Positions 59,813-64,000 of a stretch of 64,000 nucleotides of DNA are shown in pieces (position 1 is the first letter of the stretch; every line of letters starts with the position of its first letter). The DNA comes from Desulfobacterales bacterium (GTDB lineage Bacteria > Desulfobacterota > Desulfobacteria > Desulfobacterales > JASJAZ01): positions 3,504 through 67,503 of the forward strand of contig JASJAZ010000006.1 in assembly GCA_030066785.1 (NCBI GenBank), written 5' to 3'. Both the position numbers and the translations under genes were made by a program. Below the pieces are notes generated by a model. The model saw nothing but the letters and a program-made list of their open reading frames with translations. It was not told the origin of the DNA and ran no database searches.

Positions 59813-60324
59813 ACCTTTACTGGCTGCCGTTAATAAACCGTCTAAGAAGGTATCAATAAATCATATTTCAGATATTCACGGGAAACACAACTAAGCAACA
59901 ATTTACAGTTTAAAAGAAGTTATTTCAAGGGACTTTAACATCTAGCGAACTAGCAATAACATGTCTGTAACAGACATGAAAGAGTATTACACGATATTCC
60001 AAGCTGACGCTTTGCATAATAAATCATCTTCTTCAGCTGTTCGTGCTTAAAAATTAGAATTAAATTGAATTCTAAATCCAGGGGTTTTATGGTTGCAAAA
60101 GGCGTGAATTTGCTTCAATTGGATGAAATGCTTTGTTGTTGGTTTATTTAAAAAATAAAAAACCCACAAGGTCTCGATGCTGACCAAATGCCGCATCGTT
60201 TTCTTCGGGTTATGCAAGTGCCATCCACTTACAACATTTGAAAGGATCGTTAAGCTGGACCGTGTTTTGGAAAATATCGACAGAGAAGTTGCATTGTTTA
60301 GCTGAAAAACAAAAAGGAGGAATT

Positions 60325-60753
60325 ATGAAAGATACTCTCAAGCCAGGTTTAAGATTTGATTTTAAATATACCGTTCCCGAAAATAAAACGGTTCCGCACC
60401 TTTTCCCAGATATGGCTGAGCTGCAAATCATGCCACATGTATTTGCGACCGGCTATATGGTGGGATTATTTGAGCTGGCCTGCATAAAAGCAGTTAATCC
60501 GCACATTGACTGGCCAAATGAACAAACAGTAGGGATACACGTCGATTTTAACCATTCTGCAGCGACGCCCCCCGGGTTTACTGTGACGGTAAAAGGCAAA
60601 CTAGAAAAAATAGAAGGACGCAAACTCACCTTTTCAATCCAAGCCGATGATGGCGTAGATACGATATCTGAAGGTAGGCATGAACGATTTATAATAAATG
60701 CTAGTAAATTTAATGCAGCCGTCACTGAGAAGGCACAACAAGCAAGCAGATGA
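60325..60753 (+). CDS. Hotdog-fold thioesterase (FlK-like / thioesterase superfamily)
   Basis: MKDTLKPGLRFDFKYTVPENKTVPHLFP...VFATGYMVGLFELACIKAV...GRHERFII. RBS AAAAGGAGG precedes ATG 60325. Confidence 0.7.
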   Translation: MKDTLKPGLRFDFKYTVPENKTVPHLFPDMAELQIMPHVFATGYMVGLFELACIKAVNPHIDWPNEQTVGIHVDFNHSAATPPGFTVTVKGKLEKIEGRKLTFSIQADDGVDTISEGRHERFIINASKFNAAVTEKAQQASR

Positions 60754-61038
60754 TATGGTTGCGAATTGATTTTTGATAAGATGCCTTTAACTCTATGAGA
60801 AAATTGGAATAAAATGTTTGAAAATTGAGTTCGCCTATGTTTAAATTAGCATAGTTTCCTGTCATTATTGTTCTCAATTTGTACTGATAACTTTTCGACA
60901 AACTTGCCCGTCGATCTTAACATAGAATTAGTTTGGTATACTTATGAAAAATTGGTTTAAATTGAAACGAGGATTTTAAATGCGTTTCATATAGAACGTG
61001 CCCAAAACAAGTCAATCAACATGCTAAGGAGGATTTAA

Positions 61039-61335
61039 ATGGCGGTTAAAATTTTAATTAAACGTAAAGTTCCCGAAGATAAAGCCCGGGAAATGATTCC
61101 TCTATTTAGGCAGATGCGGAGCATGGCAACCAATCAAAGCGGTTATATTTCCGGCGAAACCTTGCGAAACCTCGAATATCCCGAAATATTCATGGTTATT
61201 AGTACCTGGCAGTCATCACAGGACTGGGAAAATTGGCTAATAAGTAAAGACCGACAAGAAATTCAAGCAAAAATTGATGCCCTTTTGGGAGGATCAACCG
61301 AATACGAGATTTATCATTACGGATTCTCGGAATAA
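61039..61335 (+). CDS. Antibiotic-biosynthesis-monooxygenase (ABM) domain protein
   Basis: 98 aa with ABM-like features (SGYISGETLRN...MVISTWQSSQDWENW). RBS AAGGAGG. Confidence 0.65.
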   Translation: MAVKILIKRKVPEDKAREMIPLFRQMRSMATNQSGYISGETLRNLEYPEIFMVISTWQSSQDWENWLISKDRQEIQAKIDALLGGSTEYEIYHYGFSE

Positions 61336-61945
61336 GCCTCTGATCACATAGAAGCTCTCTTTAATGTGACTGTGATATCGCGCATATCAGTCTGTTGCAT
61401 CAAATCTTGCCGTGATTATTTTTCGAGGCAAAAACACTACATAGTACCCAAATTGATAATTTACCACCCCCACTTGGAATTGCCTGCATTCTAAACCTAT
61501 GCTGATGACAAAACGGCGGGTTTCATTTTGGCAGCCAAACTTGATCACAAAACCCTATCGAAAAAGCCGCCCCAATAGCCAATAGCATTTAAAGCTACGG
61601 GTGCCGGTACGGTTCTTTTATTTCCCTTCCAAATATTCTTACCATTTTTTACCCTAGCAAACCGCCTGCGTAGATACCATCCCTTTAATTTGTTCATATA
61701 AATACTTTAGGTCACCAATTTGAAAAAATTCAAAGAATCATTAGAAATTATGGTACCTGAACCATATATTCAATTTTAGTAAAATAAACAAAAAGTTAGT
61801 AAACATAATCACTAAAAATGATCAATTTTTATATAAAAATTTAAGTTATGCCGTAAATGTTCCGATAGTATCCATACGGAAGATAACTTTTTGTATTTTT
61901 TATAAATTTTTAGCGGGTACAATCAATTAATGAGGAAATAGCCAA

Positions 61946-62791
61946 ATGGAAAAATTTCAGATACCACAGCCGAATATGAAAGCGCCAAAAAGAAATAAAC
62001 ATTGGATTGTTTTATTTTTTAAGAACCAAAGCCGTTCGATATCGGTTAAAAGCTTTATGTGGATGACGATATCATCATTTGCCGCGGTTTTCACATCGGT
62101 AGCCGTCGCTTTGTGCCTTTTTTTGCTATATCAAAAAGCAATTAGTGACAATAAAACCATCCACAATGAGCTAGCTCGACTGCTGCAGCAGCGTAACGAG
62201 TTACAAAAAGAAAATGATCATTTAATGGTTAGCCTAGTATTGGCAGAATCAAAATCAAATAATAAAATGGTGATTCCCGCCGATAAAAAGAAAACACCCA
62301 CCCTAAAATCACCTGTGATTTTAAAGGCAAGTTGGGACACAACCTCAACGGCACCATCAGAACATATTCAAAAGATAAATGCTGCTAAAAAAGTTCCCAA
62401 AGTGGCGGTAGAAAACTTTAAAATACTAAGCGACCCGTTAGGCAATGGATTGCGTGTAAATTATAAACTTAAAAAAATTGATCCCAACTCGCGAACGGTA
62501 ACCGGACGCACTTATGTCATGTTGAAAATAGAAACTGGGTCTCAATTCAAATGGTTAATTCTTCCATCAGCCAATTCCATTACAAAAAAATCAAACAAGC
62601 CACTGAAAGGACAATTCTTTTCCATAGCTCGCTTTAAAATTGTTAAACTCAACCACGAATTGAATATTGACTATCATTATATTAAAGAGGCCAAAATATT
62701 TGTGCATTCTAAGTCAGGTGAACCGTTATTGGAAAAAACGATTCCATTTTCAACCAATGTCGCATTAACTGACCAAAAAAGCTTATCCTAA
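61946..62791 (+). CDS. Hypothetical single-pass membrane protein with a short coiled coil; no recognised family
   Basis: 281-aa AT-rich ORF with one TM (MWMTISSFAAVFTSVAVALCLFLLY) followed by NELARLLQQRNELQKENDHL. Supported by the ORF and plausible topology only. Confidence 0.45.
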   Translation: MEKFQIPQPNMKAPKRNKHWIVLFFKNQSRSISVKSFMWMTISSFAAVFTSVAVALCLFLLYQKAISDNKTIHNELARLLQQRNELQKENDHLMVSLVLAESKSNNKMVIPADKKKTPTLKSPVILKASWDTTSTAPSEHIQKINAAKKVPKVAVENFKILSDPLGNGLRVNYKLKKIDPNSRTVTGRTYVMLKIETGSQFKWLILPSANSITKKSNKPLKGQFFSIARFKIVKLNHELNIDYHYIKEAKIFVHSKSGEPLLEKTIPFSTNVALTDQKSLS

Positions 62792-63074
62792 TAGACAATT
62801 TATCTCCAGTAAAAGCGTCCGAAAATACCTCTGCTCAATTTTTAGATTCGTTTTCAACACCTACCAAGCACTAATTATAAGGAAACTTCAATCAATCAGT
62901 TTTGGTGAAGTTTAGCGCTTAAAAAGTATCTTATCAGATTTGAAATGCTCCGAACAATACATGCTGGGCAACTCTTAAAAGAAGCGAAATAGCGCATGTA
63001 GCTCGCAGTTCTCAAGAGGTAGGGTAGTGAATGCCAACAAGAAAGAGGCGTGGTGCTATTATGACCGGTTACAA

Positions 63075-63857
63075 TTAGGCTTGGCTCATTTGACGTTTAT
63101 ACAGAAAATAGTATTCGGAAACCTTGCGAATATATATTTTGGTGGCTCTAAACGGCGGCACCCCTTTATACTGTCGAACCTTGCGGAGACCGGCATTGTA
63201 AGCGGCCAAAGCCAGATTGATATCACCCTCGTAACGGTTCAATAATTTTTTAATGTATTTTACACCCCCATTTATATTGTCTTCGGGGTTAAAGATATCC
63301 TTTACGCCCAATGCTCTGGCGGTTCGTGGCATCAACTGCATCAATCCCTTAGCCCCTTTTTTTGAAACGGCACGAGGGTTATAACCTGATTCAGCCATGA
63401 TGATTGCTTTTACAAGAGCAGGATCTACTTGATACCTTTCAGCTGCTCTTACAATAATAGGCCCTGCCAGGCGCTCTGTTTTTCTACAGTATACGCGGGG
63501 AAGCCGCTGACGAATCGGCAAATAACGCTTCGCGGATGCAAGTCCTTTATATGTCTTCCAAAAAAATCTATCATTCTTTGAATTATCACTATCGGTTTGC
63601 CGGGTGGCAAGCTTTTGTTGCATAAACGACATGCGGGCGTTCAACTTCAGTCTTTCTATATCAGATTTCGGATCTTGTTTTTCAAGCTCATTAGCAACTG
63701 CGGTTTTATCCATACAAGGTTCTAATTTATTAGCTTGCGACATCACTTGCGGCGAATTATTGCCAGCATACAAAAAATAGCTGTTCAATAAAAAAAGCCA
63801 AAGCAGCGCCCAAAGCGACAGTCTAAATATACCAATTCGAAAAGTGACAGTTTGCAT
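63075..63857 (-). CDS. Lytic transglycosylase (SLT domain) with N-terminal anchor/signal
   Basis: IIMAESGYNPRAVSKKGAKGLMQLMPRTA...AYNAG is the family-1 SLT catalytic Glu and motifs. Confidence 0.85.
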   Translation of the reverse strand: MQTVTFRIGIFRLSLWALLWLFLLNSYFLYAGNNSPQVMSQANKLEPCMDKTAVANELEKQDPKSDIERLKLNARMSFMQQKLATRQTDSDNSKNDRFFWKTYKGLASAKRYLPIRQRLPRVYCRKTERLAGPIIVRAAERYQVDPALVKAIIMAESGYNPRAVSKKGAKGLMQLMPRTARALGVKDIFNPEDNINGGVKYIKKLLNRYEGDINLALAAYNAGLRKVRQYKGVPPFRATKIYIRKVSEYYFLYKRQMSQA

Positions 63858-64000
63858 AATGATAATCGGATGGTTTTAGGTACGCCCAAGTGAAAAAGGT
63901 TTGTTCAAGTTGAATGTCGAACATATTTAATCGCAAAAGCCATACCAAAAAACATAGTGCTCAAATTTATGAATTGGTTAGGAGACTTAGCTAAAAGCAA

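Noticed and set aside
61545-61697. 50-codon minus-strand ORF (MNKLKGWYLRRRFARVKNGKNIW...FFDRVL) ending in TGA with 15 more in-frame codons. I considered it as a small gene or a further Sec candidate.
   Set aside because: There is no Shine-Dalgarno sequence, no recognisable family, no Cys-type context at the TGA and no convincing downstream hairpin.
62993-63035. GCGCATGTAGCTCGCAGTTCTCAAGAGG, reminiscent of a tRNA 5' acceptor/D-arm. It could have been a tRNA remnant marking an integration site.
   Set aside because: The D-arm does not pair properly and no anticodon or T-arm follows. I judged the similarity too weak.
1-64000. A check of the whole window for CRISPR arrays, tandem repeats, IS elements, integrases, toxin-antitoxin pairs or defence-system genes.
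   Set aside because: No repeat-spacer periodicity, transposase, integrase or reverse-transcriptase-like ORFs, or small paired ORFs typical of TA modules were seen. Absence is judged by eye only.

Overview
The window is chromosomal DNA that looks like a sulfate-reducing Deltaproteobacterium (Desulfobacterales-like). That guess rests on gene content only: Hdr/Mvh/MetFV genes, TRAP/TAXI transporters and heavy Sec usage. It is densely coding. By eye I found no rRNA, tRNA, CRISPR array, transposase, integrase or phage genes.

Gene order:
- a NuoG/NuoF/NuoE-like flavin/Fe-S module (1-3047, minus)
- a stand-alone cNMP-binding protein
- a DctPQM TRAP transporter
- panE-panB
- a 10.4-kb minus-strand cluster, hdrA-mvhD-hdrA-mvhD-hdrCB-metV-metF (8785-19207)
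- an orphan ParM/Alp-type actin-like gene
- a REC/HD-GYP regulator, YjbQ, an amino-acid binding protein, HrpA, a thioredoxin-cupin fusion and a GT2
- a TAXI-TRAP system with two receptors
- an AmmeMemoRadiSam-type radical SAM enzyme, a methyltransferase and an acyl-CoA dehydrogenase with a rubredoxin-like tail
- an Lrp-controlled amine/lysine-type catabolic cluster
- an Opp/Dpp-type ABC operon
- a more AT-rich tail of small genes (about 59.8-63.9 kb)

Main result: the ORF track splits five proteins of the hdr/mvh cluster at in-frame TGA codons. Each TGA falls where homologues and paralogues carry a conserved Fe-S or redox cysteine. Each is followed 14-16 nt later by a short hairpin with G/U in its loop. 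I read all five as selenocysteine codons with SECIS-like elements, which merges ten track ORFs into five selenoproteins within one putative MetFV-Hdr-MvhD gene cluster. These selenoprotein families are, to my recollection, already known, so this is a notable annotation and physiology point rather than a proven new system. I did not find convincing evidence for an entirely undescribed system. The remaining findings are lower-confidence oddities.
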